NCBI GenBank assembly: GCA_049519355.1 | Contig: JBEKQV010000001.1 | Location: 315,946 to 379,945, forward strand | DNA: 64,000 nucleotides | Direction: 5' to 3' | DNA from: Candidatus Microgenomates bacterium | GTDB lineage: Bacteria > Patescibacteriota > Microgenomatia > UBA8517 | In this document: positions 52,774-62,325 of the stretch, one piece after another | How the letters are laid out: every line of letters begins with the position of its first letter | Position numbering within the stretch: the first letter of the stretch is position 1 | Notes under the pieces: generated by a model | The model's input: the letters and a program-made list of their open reading frames with translations, nothing else | Databases searched by the model: none | What the model was told of the DNA's origin: nothing | Program-made: the position numbers and the translations under genes

Positions 52774-53880
52774 ATGCGGATAGCACTGGTCCATGACTAT
52801 ATAAAAGAATTTGGGGGAGCGGAAAGAGTTCTTAAAACTCTTAGTGAAATGTTTCCCGATGCTCCGATTTACACTGCTTTTAGAGTTAAAGGTTCTACTG
52901 CCGATAGAGAGTTTAAAAATAGAAAAATAATTGAGAGTAAATTTGCCCCTATTCTTAAAGTTGGAAATCTTTATTCACCTCTGAGGTTTTTAATCCCTGC
53001 GATTTGGGGAAGTTTTGATTTATCCGAATATGATTTGGTTATAACTTCATCAAGTTGGTATATTACGAGGGGATTTAAAGTCGGCAAAAATACCAAGGTC
53101 ATTTGTTATTGTCATACCCCTCCAAGATGGCTTTATGGTTATGAGACTTCGGTTGGTTTTACAAAATATTGGCCGGTAAAAATTTATTCGGCAATTGTCG
53201 GCCACTTTATGATGATGTACGATTTTGAAACTGCACAGAAAGTTGATTACTTCATCGCAAATTCTAAAAACGTCCAAGCAAGGATAGAGAAGTTTTATAG
53301 GCGGGATTCAAAGGTTATTTATCCCCCGGTCGAAGTGACGGAAATCGAAAAGGTAACGAGGAATTTAGAAAAAGAAAATTATTTTTTAATCGTTTCAAGG
53401 TTGGTTGGAGCAAAGGGGTTGGAGGAAGCATCGGTTCTTGCCAAGAAGCTTAATTTTGAACTTAGAATTATCGGAGAATCTCACGGATTTTCGGAAGTGG
53501 AAAGGCATTTAAAGAACCTTTCCGGTGGGAACGTAAAACTTTTGGGAAGGCTGAAGGACCCTGAGCTTTACCGGATTTTGGGGAAAGCCAAAGGACTTAT
53601 TGCATTGGCGAAAGATGAGGATTTTGGGATTACGGTGGTTGAGGCGCAAGCGGCAGGAACTCCCGTTATTGCCTTTAATGGAGGAGGATTTAAAGAATCC
53701 GTTATTGATGGGGCTACCGGCATTTTGATTGATGAAATTTCCGAAAAATCATTAGGCGAAGCGGTCCAAAAGATCGAAAAGACGAAGTGGAATAAGAAAG
53801 CTTTGGTTAAAAATGTCGGGAGATTTTCCAAGGAAAGATTCAAGAAAGAAATGCTGGAATTTATTACAAAATATGCCTGA
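52774..53880 (+). CDS. Glycosyltransferase family 4
   Basis: The EX7E region EDFGITVVEAQAAGTPVIA. Confidence 0.8.
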   Translation: MRIALVHDYIKEFGGAERVLKTLSEMFPDAPIYTAFRVKGSTADREFKNRKIIESKFAPILKVGNLYSPLRFLIPAIWGSFDLSEYDLVITSSSWYITRGFKVGKNTKVICYCHTPPRWLYGYETSVGFTKYWPVKIYSAIVGHFMMMYDFETAQKVDYFIANSKNVQARIEKFYRRDSKVIYPPVEVTEIEKVTRNLEKENYFLIVSRLVGAKGLEEASVLAKKLNFELRIIGESHGFSEVERHLKNLSGGNVKLLGRLKDPELYRILGKAKGLIALAKDEDFGITVVEAQAAGTPVIAFNGGGFKESVIDGATGILIDEISEKSLGEAVQKIEKTKWNKKALVKNVGRFSKERFKKEMLEFITKYA

Positions 53881-54742
53881 ATTACCTGAAGTCGAAGCAA
53901 TAAAATTACAACTGGGAAAGTTTATGAAAGGACATAAAATTGTGTCCGTTGAAGTTAGAAATAGAAAAACTTTTCAGGGAGACGAGAAAAAAATTATCGG
54001 AGGGAAAGTTACCGGTACCAGGCGGTTTGGAAAAGTTTCCGTAATGGACCTTGATAACGGATATTCGATTTTGACTCACGTAAAGCTCACCGGACAATAT
54101 ATTTATAGGGGACCGAATTTGCCAAAACCGGGACAATTATCATCAAAAGTTATCGGCGGAATTCCGGGACCGCACACGATGGTAATTTTCAATCTGGATA
54201 GGAGAGGCGAGCTCTACTATAACGACGTCAGGAGATTTGGATGGATTAGGGTTGAGAAAACCGAAGACGTGGTAAAAGAAAAGTTTATCGTAAAACTGGG
54301 ACCGGAACCTCCCGTTACAAAAAGCTTTACTGGAAAAGAGCTAACTCCGGATCTTTTCGCCGAAATTCTTTCCAAATCGGTTAGGCCGATAAAAATAGTT
54401 TTAATGGATCAAACCAAGATTGGGGGAGTGGGAAATATTTATGCTAACGATGCTTTGTGGCTTGCTAGGATTGATCCCAAATCTCCTGCAAAAGATTTAG
54501 ACGGGAAATCGGCCCGAAAACTTTATGATGCAATCCTTTCCGTACTTAAAGAGGGGATAAAGTATGGCGGTGCAAGTGAGTTGGCATTTGTTACTCCCGA
54601 CGGAACTGAAGGGGATTATCAAAAACATACGCTAGCTTACGGTCATGAAGGCGAGGTTTGCGAACGTTGTCATAAAGCGACTTTCAAAAAATTCTTTCTT
54701 GGCGGTAGAGGCACATACTATTGCCCTGTTTGTCAGGTATAA
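53873..54742 (+). CDS. mutM: Formamidopyrimidine-DNA glycosylase / endonuclease VIII (Fpg/Nei family)
   Basis: N-terminal MPELPEVE (catalytic P2/E3) and C-terminal zinc finger CERCHKATFKK...YYCPVCQ. Start at ATG 53873, overlapping the upstream stop. Confidence 0.85.
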   Translation: MPELPEVEAIKLQLGKFMKGHKIVSVEVRNRKTFQGDEKKIIGGKVTGTRRFGKVSVMDLDNGYSILTHVKLTGQYIYRGPNLPKPGQLSSKVIGGIPGPHTMVIFNLDRRGELYYNDVRRFGWIRVEKTEDVVKEKFIVKLGPEPPVTKSFTGKELTPDLFAEILSKSVRPIKIVLMDQTKIGGVGNIYANDALWLARIDPKSPAKDLDGKSARKLYDAILSVLKEGIKYGGASELAFVTPDGTEGDYQKHTLAYGHEGEVCERCHKATFKKFFLGGRGTYYCPVCQV

Positions 54743-54754
54743 TAACTAATTGAT

Positions 54755-55351
54755 ATGGTTCAAAGTGCAGCAATATTTAGACTCCTGTTCACATATAGTT
54801 ATTTAATTCTTTTTCCTTTAGTCGTTATCGAAGGGCCTATTGTTACGATTATCGCCGGTTTTTTAGTTTCCCTTGGTTTCATGGATTTTATTCCTACTTA
54901 TTTGACAGTTATATCGGGTGATTTGGTAGGAGACTTCTTATACTATTCTGCAGGACGCTGGTGGCTGAATAAAACTTACAAAGGGGTTTTGAGATTCTTC
55001 AACGTAAATATCAATTTTGTTCATAAACTTGAAAACGCGTTAAGAAAAAATAAAGGTCCCTTTCTTTTTTTTGGTAAGCTTTCTCACGCCATCGGAGGAA
55101 TTATTCTTTTTGCCGCCGGTTCGGTCGGTATTCCTGTGGGAGATTTTCTTTGGTTCAATTTTCTGGCAACACTTCCCAAATCTTTGATTCTTATCCTTGT
55201 CGGATACTATTTCGGTAGCACTGTAAGTAATTTCAAGAGATATGTCGATATTACGGCTTTGGGACTTTTTGTTTTTACACTGGTACTCATCGGAATATAT
55301 TTTGCGGTTACTTATTTCTCCAATAAATATTTGAGTAAACTTGAAAAATAA
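54755..55351 (+). CDS. DedA/VTT-family membrane protein
   Basis: Polytopic membrane protein with a VTT-like core (FFGKLSHAIGGIILFAAG). Confidence 0.6.
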   Translation: MVQSAAIFRLLFTYSYLILFPLVVIEGPIVTIIAGFLVSLGFMDFIPTYLTVISGDLVGDFLYYSAGRWWLNKTYKGVLRFFNVNINFVHKLENALRKNKGPFLFFGKLSHAIGGIILFAAGSVGIPVGDFLWFNFLATLPKSLILILVGYYFGSTVSNFKRYVDITALGLFVFTLVLIGIYFAVTYFSNKYLSKLEK

Positions 55352-55352
55352 T

Positions 55353-56108
55353 TTAGTTTTTTGTGGGGATTTCTCTGATTGCAGGTGCCGCTCCGATTAC
55401 TTTCTTTTTTGCAATCCGATTTAGCGTATATCCGAAGAGTCTATACCAGAGGTTGTAAAGAAGAATATTTTTCCAAACGTTTCTGGTTTTTCTGGCGGAG
55501 GTGAAGCATTTTACTTTCGGATCGATAATTACTTTACCTATATCCAGAAATTTCTGAAGTAAATATTGCTGATCCCCCATTTCTATCAGATATGGAGGAT
55601 ACCCGCCGATGATGTTGAGAGATTGCCGTTTGAATGCAAAATTTGCCGCGTAGACAATAGGAAATCTTTTGGTGTATTTTTGTAAAAATAGATTTATTTC
55701 CTGGCCTAGGCCGATTACCATATCAAAAAAGGGCGTTGCATTGGAATAATAAATCCAGCCTACCAGAGCAACTAATTCCGGATTTTTGTCAAAATCAGAC
55801 TTAATGTATTTCAGCCAATTTGGAGGATAAGTCGTGTCCGCATCTGCGGAAACGATTATTTCACCTTTAGCCAATTTAACTCCTGAAGTTCTTGCTAAAA
55901 TCACCGATTTATTTCTTTCTTTAATTACCCGGACGGGATAGGTTTTTGCTATTTTTGATGTGGCGTCTGTCGAGGCGTTGTCGACAACGATAACCTCAAA
56001 AAATTTTTTGTCTAATGATTGAAGTGAAATGGAATCAAGACATCTGCCGATCGAAGATTGTTCATTGTGGGCGGGGATGATGACAGAAATCAATAAATTT
56101 TTCTGCAT
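55353..56108 (-). CDS. Glycosyltransferase family 2
   Basis: ISVIIPAHNEQSSIGRCLDSI and DADTTYPPNW (DxD). True start ATG at 56108; the ORF-track extension to 56303 overlaps recF. Confidence 0.75.
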   Translation of the reverse strand: MQKNLLISVIIPAHNEQSSIGRCLDSISLQSLDKKFFEVIVVDNASTDATSKIAKTYPVRVIKERNKSVILARTSGVKLAKGEIIVSADADTTYPPNWLKYIKSDFDKNPELVALVGWIYYSNATPFFDMVIGLGQEINLFLQKYTKRFPIVYAANFAFKRQSLNIIGGYPPYLIEMGDQQYLLQKFLDIGKVIIDPKVKCFTSARKTRNVWKNILLYNLWYRLFGYTLNRIAKKKVIGAAPAIREIPTKN

Positions 56109-56148
56109 AACTAGATATTGTATTTGATTATTGTACAATTGGCTAACT

Positions 56149-57231
56149 ATGATTGGGAAAGTCTCTTTGAAGGATTTTAGGAGCTTTACTTCGAAGGCCA
56201 TTGAATTTTCGGAAAAAATTACTTTAATCACCGGACCTAACGCTTCCGGGAAGACCAATATTCTCGAATCGCTCTTTTTGCTTTCCACAGGCAGAAGTTT
56301 CAAAGCCAGGGTAGAAGAAGAAATGGTTAATTATAAAAAGGATATTTCAAGGGTTAAGGGGGTCCTGCCGGGACTGACGGGTCCTGTCGGGAGCTCGTCG
56401 GGTCATCCGTCACTCGAAGTTATTTTAACTCGGGGGATGATTGATATTGGGGCGGATAGACCGGAAAAAGTTGCGCGGAAGAAACTTTTGGTAAACGGAG
56501 TTCCAAAACGTCTGGTTGATTTTGCGGGAAACTTTAAGGTAGTTCTTTTTGGTCCATGGGATCTTGATTTGGTTACCGAATCTCCGTCATTAAGAAGAAG
56601 GTTTTTGGATACGGTATTGTCCCAAGTTGATAGGGAATATCGGAGGAGTATTCTTTCCTACGAAAAGGGCGTAAGACAAAGAAACAGACTTCTATTCCGG
56701 ATCCGGGAGGAAGGACTTTCGCGTTCACAGCTTCTTTTTTGGAATCAGTTATTGATTAAGAACGGAAATTACATAACCGAAAAAAGGGAGGAGTTAATTG
56801 ATTTTATAAACGGATCTGGATTTCAGATTAACGGCTCAAAACTTAAGTTGATTTATGACAAGAGTATTATTTCGGACGGCAGGCTTGAACAGTATAAAGA
56901 GGAAGAAGTTGCAGCGGCAACGACCCTTGTGGGGCCTCACCGGGACGATTTTATTTTCGAAGAAGGTATACGAGATTTGGCGAGCTACGGAAGTAGGGGG
57001 GAGCAAAGAATGGGCGTTTTGTGGCTAAAAATGGCGGAATTGTCGTTTATCGAGGAAAGAACAGGCGAGCGTCCAACTCTTCTTCTTGATGATATTTTTT
57101 CGGAATTGGATCCGGAACATCGGGACAGCGTAATAGGGATAACAAAAAATCAGCAAACAATTATTACGACAGCCGACCCGCGCTTTGTAGGTGAATTGAA
57201 AAAAGTGGAAAAAGTTGAGTTAATGAAATAA
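56149..57231 (+). CDS. recF: DNA replication and repair protein RecF
   Basis: Walker A GPNASGKTNILESL and the C-terminal signature/D-loop LLLDDIFSELD. Start ATG 56149. Confidence 0.85.
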   Translation: MIGKVSLKDFRSFTSKAIEFSEKITLITGPNASGKTNILESLFLLSTGRSFKARVEEEMVNYKKDISRVKGVLPGLTGPVGSSSGHPSLEVILTRGMIDIGADRPEKVARKKLLVNGVPKRLVDFAGNFKVVLFGPWDLDLVTESPSLRRRFLDTVLSQVDREYRRSILSYEKGVRQRNRLLFRIREEGLSRSQLLFWNQLLIKNGNYITEKREELIDFINGSGFQINGSKLKLIYDKSIISDGRLEQYKEEEVAAATTLVGPHRDDFIFEEGIRDLASYGSRGEQRMGVLWLKMAELSFIEERTGERPTLLLDDIFSELDPEHRDSVIGITKNQQTIITTADPRFVGELKKVEKVELMK

Positions 57232-57240
57232 AATTAATAT

Positions 57241-57513
57241 ATGGCAGAACATCACAGGCATTCTCCGGCTCCTAAAGAACAGATGTCGATGGATGAATAT
57301 TTGGAACAACAGCGCGGGGGTCAAACGCCGGCAGGCCAGGGTGAGAAAAAGACTGTTACATTAGCCTCGGATACTGTTTCTGTCGGTGGTTTAGTACCGG
57401 TGGAGAAAAAAGAGGAGAAAGAGGCTAAAACAGAAAGCGATTTTCAGAGCAATATTGACAGAAGAAGGCAGAGAGATGATGAGTTTCTGAGAAACGGATC
57501 GGGTTCCACTTAA
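57241..57513 (+). CDS. Hypothetical small charged protein
   Basis: ORF track, 90 aa, low complexity. Confidence 0.3.
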   Translation: MAEHHRHSPAPKEQMSMDEYLEQQRGGQTPAGQGEKKTVTLASDTVSVGGLVPVEKKEEKEAKTESDFQSNIDRRRQRDDEFLRNGSGST

Positions 57514-57556
57514 TCTCCTTGTTTTTTCCGCAAAAAATGCGTTAATATAGGCTTGT

Positions 57557-58621
57557 ATGTATTCTCCAAAATACGTTATTTCAAATAGGGTCTTGAAGAA
57601 TGTCGGCTCGATCGAAGCCAGTAAAGAAGTTATTGAAAATGCTCCTTTGGTTCCTTCATTTGCCAAACAGTTTGCATCAGATGCCCAAGTCCGTACTATT
57701 CATCACGGAACCCACATTGAAGGAAACGACTTAACTCTATATCAAACCAAAAAGATTTTGGAGGGACAGGAAGTTTATGCCAGGGCCCGTGATATCCAAG
57801 AAGTAGTTAATTACAGAAATGTTATGCAGCTACTGGATGAGCTTGCTGTTAAAAGGGGAGGCTATGATGCCAACATGCTTAGGGATATTCATAGGGCTAC
57901 GGTTGACAGGATTGTTGTGCCGGAAAAAGTTGGAGTTTTCCGGACCACGGAAGTTGTGGTTAAGGAAGAGGGAACCGGAAAAGTTATTTTTCAACCGCCT
58001 CCTTCCCACGAAGTTCCATATCTTTTGGAAGATTTTTTTGAATGGCTGAATGACGCCTCGGCGCGCGAAATACATCCTATTCTTAGAGCCGGAATAGCAC
58101 ACTATATTTTGGTTGCGATTCACCCCTTTGTCGAAGGAAATGGCCGGACCGTCAGGGCTTTTGCCTCCCTTATTTTGATGCGCGAAGGATATGACATCAA
58201 AAAATTCTTTTCTCTTGAGGAGCATTTTGATGAAGATCCTGCCGCTTATTATGAAGCTCTAGGGGAGGTTGACCGGCAGTCCCCGAATATAGGCTCTAGG
58301 GAACTTACTCCGTGGCTCGAATATTTTACCGGAGTTGTTGCAATTGAGCTGACCAAAATAAAGGATAAAGTCAGAAAGCTTTCGGTCGACTCCCGGCTTA
58401 AGGTTAAGTTTGGTGAGCAGGTGGCACTAACCGAGAGGCAAATGCGTTTGATAGAGTATATTTCGGATCAGGGCTCGGGTAGTATGGGAGAACTTTCTAA
58501 AGTCTTGCCTATGGTTTCCGAAGATACGATTTTGAGGGAAATCAGAGATCTTATGGAAAAAGGAATTCTTAAAAAGACTGGGACAACTAAAGCTTCAAAG
58601 TATGTAATTGCGGGTAAATAG
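57557..58621 (+). CDS. Fic/DOC family protein (putative AMPylase) with a C-terminal winged-helix domain
   Basis: The Fic motif HPFVEGNGRTVRA (HPFx[DE]GNGR). N-terminal GTHIEGN resembles the inhibitory-helix region of class II Fic proteins. Confidence 0.85.
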   Translation: MYSPKYVISNRVLKNVGSIEASKEVIENAPLVPSFAKQFASDAQVRTIHHGTHIEGNDLTLYQTKKILEGQEVYARARDIQEVVNYRNVMQLLDELAVKRGGYDANMLRDIHRATVDRIVVPEKVGVFRTTEVVVKEEGTGKVIFQPPPSHEVPYLLEDFFEWLNDASAREIHPILRAGIAHYILVAIHPFVEGNGRTVRAFASLILMREGYDIKKFFSLEEHFDEDPAAYYEALGEVDRQSPNIGSRELTPWLEYFTGVVAIELTKIKDKVRKLSVDSRLKVKFGEQVALTERQMRLIEYISDQGSGSMGELSKVLPMVSEDTILREIRDLMEKGILKKTGTTKASKYVIAGK

Positions 58622-58690
58622 TACTTCACTTTTATTGTCGGGTGTATAATCGGCTCAGCGTTTAGACAACCTACCTGAAAGGAGACCTGC

Positions 58691-58879
58691 ATGACTGTTT
58701 TTTTGGCTGTATTAGGGGTAGTTCTAATTGCTGGGGGAGGGGTGCTGTCGGGATTAGCCAAGAAGCCGCGGTTGGCGGCGGGGGATAGGGTATGCCTGGA
58801 GTCCATCAAGGCTTTCCTCTTTGTTTCGGGAGGAGTGGCACTTGGAGCTGCTGCAGCCCTTTTTTTGCTAGGGAAATAG
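58691..58879 (+). CDS. Small hydrophobic protein (62 aa, 2 TM)
   Basis: ORF track; locally higher GC; the only ORF in a 390-bp gap. Confidence 0.3.
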   Translation: MTVFLAVLGVVLIAGGGVLSGLAKKPRLAAGDRVCLESIKAFLFVSGGVALGAAAALFLLGK

Positions 58880-58921
58880 CAGTCTCGGACAATACAGGTA
58901 TTGCCTATGGCAAAGTAAGAC

Positions 58922-58982
58922 GGGTGGGGCAGATGTCTCGGAAAAATAATATATAAACCCGAGACATACTTTAACCCCACCC
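58922..58982. other. Long imperfect double-stem hairpin in the intergenic region
   Basis: GGGTGGGG-cag-ATGTCTCGG-(17-nt AT-rich loop)-CCGAGACAT-actttaa-CCCCACCC; a third GTCTCGG copy lies at 58883. Confidence 0.45.
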
Positions 58983-59007
58983 AGAAATTTTAGATATATA
59001 ATAGGGT

Positions 59008-60696
59008 ATGCAATTTAAGGATTTGGCAGTATATCTGGAAAGGCTTGAAAAGACTTCTTCACGGCTTGAAATTACAAGAATTTTGACCGAGCTTTATAAG
59101 GCTTCAAGTACCTCCGAAGTTGACAAAGTTACATATTTATCACTTGGCATTTTGGCACCGAATTATGAGGGAGTGATCCTTAATCTGGCGGAACGGATGA
59201 TGATCAGGGTTTTGGCAAAGGCATATGGTTTAACCGAGGAAAAAGTTGAATCCGAATATAAAAAATCGGGGGATGTTGGTGATACCGCCCAAAAATTGGC
59301 CGGCGGAAGAGGAAGCAACAAATCCGTTACGGATGTATATGAAAAATTATTGGAAATTGCCGCGGATAATGGGGAAGGATCGCAGGAACGCAAAATTGAA
59401 AAGACGGCAGAACTTCTTAAAAGTCTTGACCCTCTTTCGGTTCGTTTTGTTTCCAGGATTCCCATAGGACGCCTTCGGCTCGGATTTTCTGAAAAGACTG
59501 TAATAGATGCCCTCTCGTCAGTAGGTCATTTTTCTTCCAAAGAGATAGAAGATGCTTATAACATCAGACCCGATATTGGTTATATTGCGAGGCTGGTTAA
59601 GGAGGGAAACCTTAAAAGTGCCAAACCGGAAGTCGGAGTTCCTGTAGTTCCGATGCTTGCCCAGCGTCTTAACTCGGTAACGGAGATGATCAAAAAGATG
59701 GGTGAGGTCTCGGTTGAACCAAAGTTTGACGGGCTCAGAATTTTTATTCACTATCGTAAAAAAGGTGATTTTATCAAAATCTTTACCAGAAATATGAATG
59801 CAATTCCTTTGGAAACTTTTCCTGAACTTAAAGAAGTCGGCAAGTTTATTAAGGTTCAGGAAGTGATTTTGGATTCCGAAGCAATTGGGGTTGACCCCAA
59901 ACGCGAAATGTTTTTGGATTTCCAAAAAACAATTCAGAGAAGAAGAAAGCACGAGATAGCCAAAAATGCATCGGAAATTCCGCTCCAATTCCAGGTTTTT
60001 GATATTCTTCTGGTCGATGGCCGCAGCATGATTAACGAGCCATATATTAAAAGGAGGGAAGAGCTTAAAAAGGCAGTTATAAGCGGCAGTATTTTACGGG
60101 TTGATGAAAATACTGTTACGTCCGATCCTGGAGTGATTAAATCGATGCACCAGAAATATTTGAAAATGGGACTTGAAGGTGTGGTTGTTAAAAAGGCAAA
60201 TGGATTTTATGTTTCGGGCAGGGCCGGATGGAACTGGGTCAAGATGAAGGAAGAAGAGGGGAGGCAAGGGAGACTTTCCGATACTGTCGACTGTGTAGTC
60301 ATGGGTTACACCAGGGGACTAGGGAAGAGAGTAGGGTTTGGAGTAGGGCAGTTTCTGGCGGGGATTAAGGACGGAGACGTTTTTAAGACGGTTACAAAAG
60401 TCGGGACAGGTTTAACGGATGAGCAATTTAGGGAACTCAAGACACGTTTAACAAAGATTCAGGTAGGCCAAAAGCCAAAAGAATATGAAGTTAATAAAGA
60501 TCTGTTTCCTGATTTCTGGGTTGAACCGGAAGTGGTAGTCGAGCTTGCAGCCGATGAGATTACGATTAGTCCAAAACACACGGCCGGTTATGCCTTAAGA
60601 TTTCCCCGATTAATCCGCTTTCGTGATGACAAGAGTGCTGAGGATGCAACTACGGCTCGCGAGCTCAATCAGATTTTCAAGCTTCAGAAAAAATAA
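59008..60696 (+). CDS. ATP-dependent DNA ligase (archaeal/eukaryotic Lig type)
   Basis: Motif I KxDG in VEPKFDGLRIF, an adenylation plus OB-fold domain layout, and 562 aa. Confidence 0.9.
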   Translation: MQFKDLAVYLERLEKTSSRLEITRILTELYKASSTSEVDKVTYLSLGILAPNYEGVILNLAERMMIRVLAKAYGLTEEKVESEYKKSGDVGDTAQKLAGGRGSNKSVTDVYEKLLEIAADNGEGSQERKIEKTAELLKSLDPLSVRFVSRIPIGRLRLGFSEKTVIDALSSVGHFSSKEIEDAYNIRPDIGYIARLVKEGNLKSAKPEVGVPVVPMLAQRLNSVTEMIKKMGEVSVEPKFDGLRIFIHYRKKGDFIKIFTRNMNAIPLETFPELKEVGKFIKVQEVILDSEAIGVDPKREMFLDFQKTIQRRRKHEIAKNASEIPLQFQVFDILLVDGRSMINEPYIKRREELKKAVISGSILRVDENTVTSDPGVIKSMHQKYLKMGLEGVVVKKANGFYVSGRAGWNWVKMKEEEGRQGRLSDTVDCVVMGYTRGLGKRVGFGVGQFLAGIKDGDVFKTVTKVGTGLTDEQFRELKTRLTKIQVGQKPKEYEVNKDLFPDFWVEPEVVVELAADEITISPKHTAGYALRFPRLIRFRDDKSAEDATTARELNQIFKLQKK

Positions 60697-60760
60697 TCAG
60701 TCCTTGACCAAAGTATTATTATTGTGAAAAGATGAAAGTGTAGAAAGAGGGTGATTATTT

Positions 60761-61081
60761 ATGGCAGGAACAGGTCTTAAAAAAACAACCGCAGGAGCAC
60801 TAGCTTACGTTTTAGGTCCCATAACCGGAATAATTTTTCTGTTGATTGAAAAAGATCCATTTGTCAGATTCCACGCAATGCAATCCACAGTGGTATTTGT
60901 GTTTTTATTTGTTTTGCAATGGATTTTGGGAATTACAATTATTCTTTTTCCTTTGGCAGCGCTCGTCGGCCTTGTCGCTTTTATACTTTGGCTTATACTT
61001 ATCTACAAAGCTTGGCAAGGTGAGCAGTGGGAGGTACCGGTGCTCGGTAAGATTTCCAAAAATTTGCTCAAGAAAGCTTGA
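60761..61081 (+). CDS. Small membrane protein, DUF4870-like
   Basis: ALAYVLGPITGIIFLLIEKDPFVRFHAMQS resembles the DUF4870 N-terminal motif; two TM. Confidence 0.45.
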   Translation: MAGTGLKKTTAGALAYVLGPITGIIFLLIEKDPFVRFHAMQSTVVFVFLFVLQWILGITIILFPLAALVGLVAFILWLILIYKAWQGEQWEVPVLGKISKNLLKKA

Positions 61082-61086
61082 ACTCT

Positions 61087-61557
61087 ATGAGACTTTTGGT
61101 AGGGCTGGGCAACCCGGGGAGGCAGTATGTAAATACACGTCATAACGCCGGGTTTTTTGTGGCAGACAGTCTTTACAGCCGGAAAGTTCCTGCCGGTTTT
61201 GTAATTAAGAAATCAGATGTTTTCATGAACGAATCTGGTGTTTTTGTTAAAAAACTGGTTGATCAATATAAACTTGAACCTTCTAACTTATATATCGCCC
61301 ATGACGACCTCGATATTCCACTTGGGGCGTATAAAATTCAGCTTGGTGTTGGGCCCAAAGTCCATAACGGGGTTAATTCAGTTGAGGAGGAACTCGGGAC
61401 GAAAGATTTTTGGAGAGTCCGTATAGGAGTGGATAATCGAAAGCCGGATGACAGAACTTCCGGGGAGGAATATGTACTTCAAGATTTTACCGCTGAGGAG
61501 CGAAAAGCTCTGGACGGGGTTATCCAAGAAATATGCAAAAAGTTGGTGACATTATAA
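61087..61557 (+). CDS. pth: Peptidyl-tRNA hydrolase
   Basis: MRLLVGLGNPGRQYVNTRHNAGFF is the Pth signature. Start ATG 61087. Confidence 0.9.
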   Translation: MRLLVGLGNPGRQYVNTRHNAGFFVADSLYSRKVPAGFVIKKSDVFMNESGVFVKKLVDQYKLEPSNLYIAHDDLDIPLGAYKIQLGVGPKVHNGVNSVEEELGTKDFWRVRIGVDNRKPDDRTSGEEYVLQDFTAEERKALDGVIQEICKKLVTL

Positions 61558-61814
61558 ACGAATACAAACTAGACGATACGGACAAGTACGTCAGTAGGGA
61601 ATTTCAGAAATATGCTTACGATCTGGCGGAAGAACTCGGGGATATGCAGCATAAATCCCTTTATATGAAGCTTGCTAAGGAAACCCCGCGGGGACTTCTT
61701 GATTCCGCTAGAAGCTTTGTCAAAGATGCTCAAAATGCCAGGAGTAAAGGACGTTTGTTTATGTGGAAACTAAAGCAATTAAAAGATGAGTCAAAAAATA
61801 AAAAGATTAAATAA
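61533..61814 (+). CDS. Hypothetical protein
   Basis: ORF track; overlaps the pth 3' end by 25 bp and the mpg 5' end; uncertain. Confidence 0.3.
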   Translation: MQKVGDIINEYKLDDTDKYVSREFQKYAYDLAEELGDMQHKSLYMKLAKETPRGLLDSARSFVKDAQNARSKGRLFMWKLKQLKDESKNKKIK

Positions 61815-62325
61815 GGAGTTCTTTAAAAGAGGCGCGAAAGAAGTCGCAAAAGATCTTCTTGGTAAAAAACTTGTCAGAATTCTTCCGAATAGACGTAGGA
61901 AAGAGGGGATAATAACCGAAACTGAAGCTTACGTTGGAATATTAGACAAAGCCAGCCATTCCTTTGGAGGAAGAAGGACTAAAAGGAATGAGGTAATGTA
62001 CGGAGAAGCGGGGAGAGTTTATGTATATTTTACATACGGAATGCATTGGTTGCTGAACTTTGTGGTATCTAAAAAAGATAATCCCCAGGCGGTTTTAATT
62101 AGAAGTCTGGATATGGTAACAGGTCCTGCAAGGCTAACAAAATATTTGGGAATTGATAAAAGTTTCTATGGGGAGGATTTGACTAAAAGTGAAAGAATTT
62201 GGGTTGAAGCTACGGGGAATATTGTTAAAAAGGGCGATATTAAAAAACTGCCGAGAATTGGAGTAAACTATGCTGGAAGTTGGAAGGCTAAACTTTTAAG
62301 GTTTTTGTATGCAGAAAAAAAGTAA
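61786..62325 (+). CDS. mpg: DNA-3-methyladenine glycosylase (Mpg/AAG family)
   Basis: EVAKDLLGKKLV...GIITETEAYVG..DKASHSFGGRRTKRNEVMYGEAGRVYVYFTYGMHWLLNFV matches the AAG family. Confidence 0.8.
   Translation: MSQKIKRLNKEFFKRGAKEVAKDLLGKKLVRILPNRRRKEGIITETEAYVGILDKASHSFGGRRTKRNEVMYGEAGRVYVYFTYGMHWLLNFVVSKKDNPQAVLIRSLDMVTGPARLTKYLGIDKSFYGEDLTKSERIWVEATGNIVKKGDIKKLPRIGVNYAGSWKAKLLRFLYAEKK

Noticed and set aside
56109-56303. N-terminal 65-aa extension of the GT2 ORF
   Set aside because: It overlaps the recF start on the opposite strand; the GT2 family N-terminus (ISVIIPAHNE) follows the internal Met at 56108.
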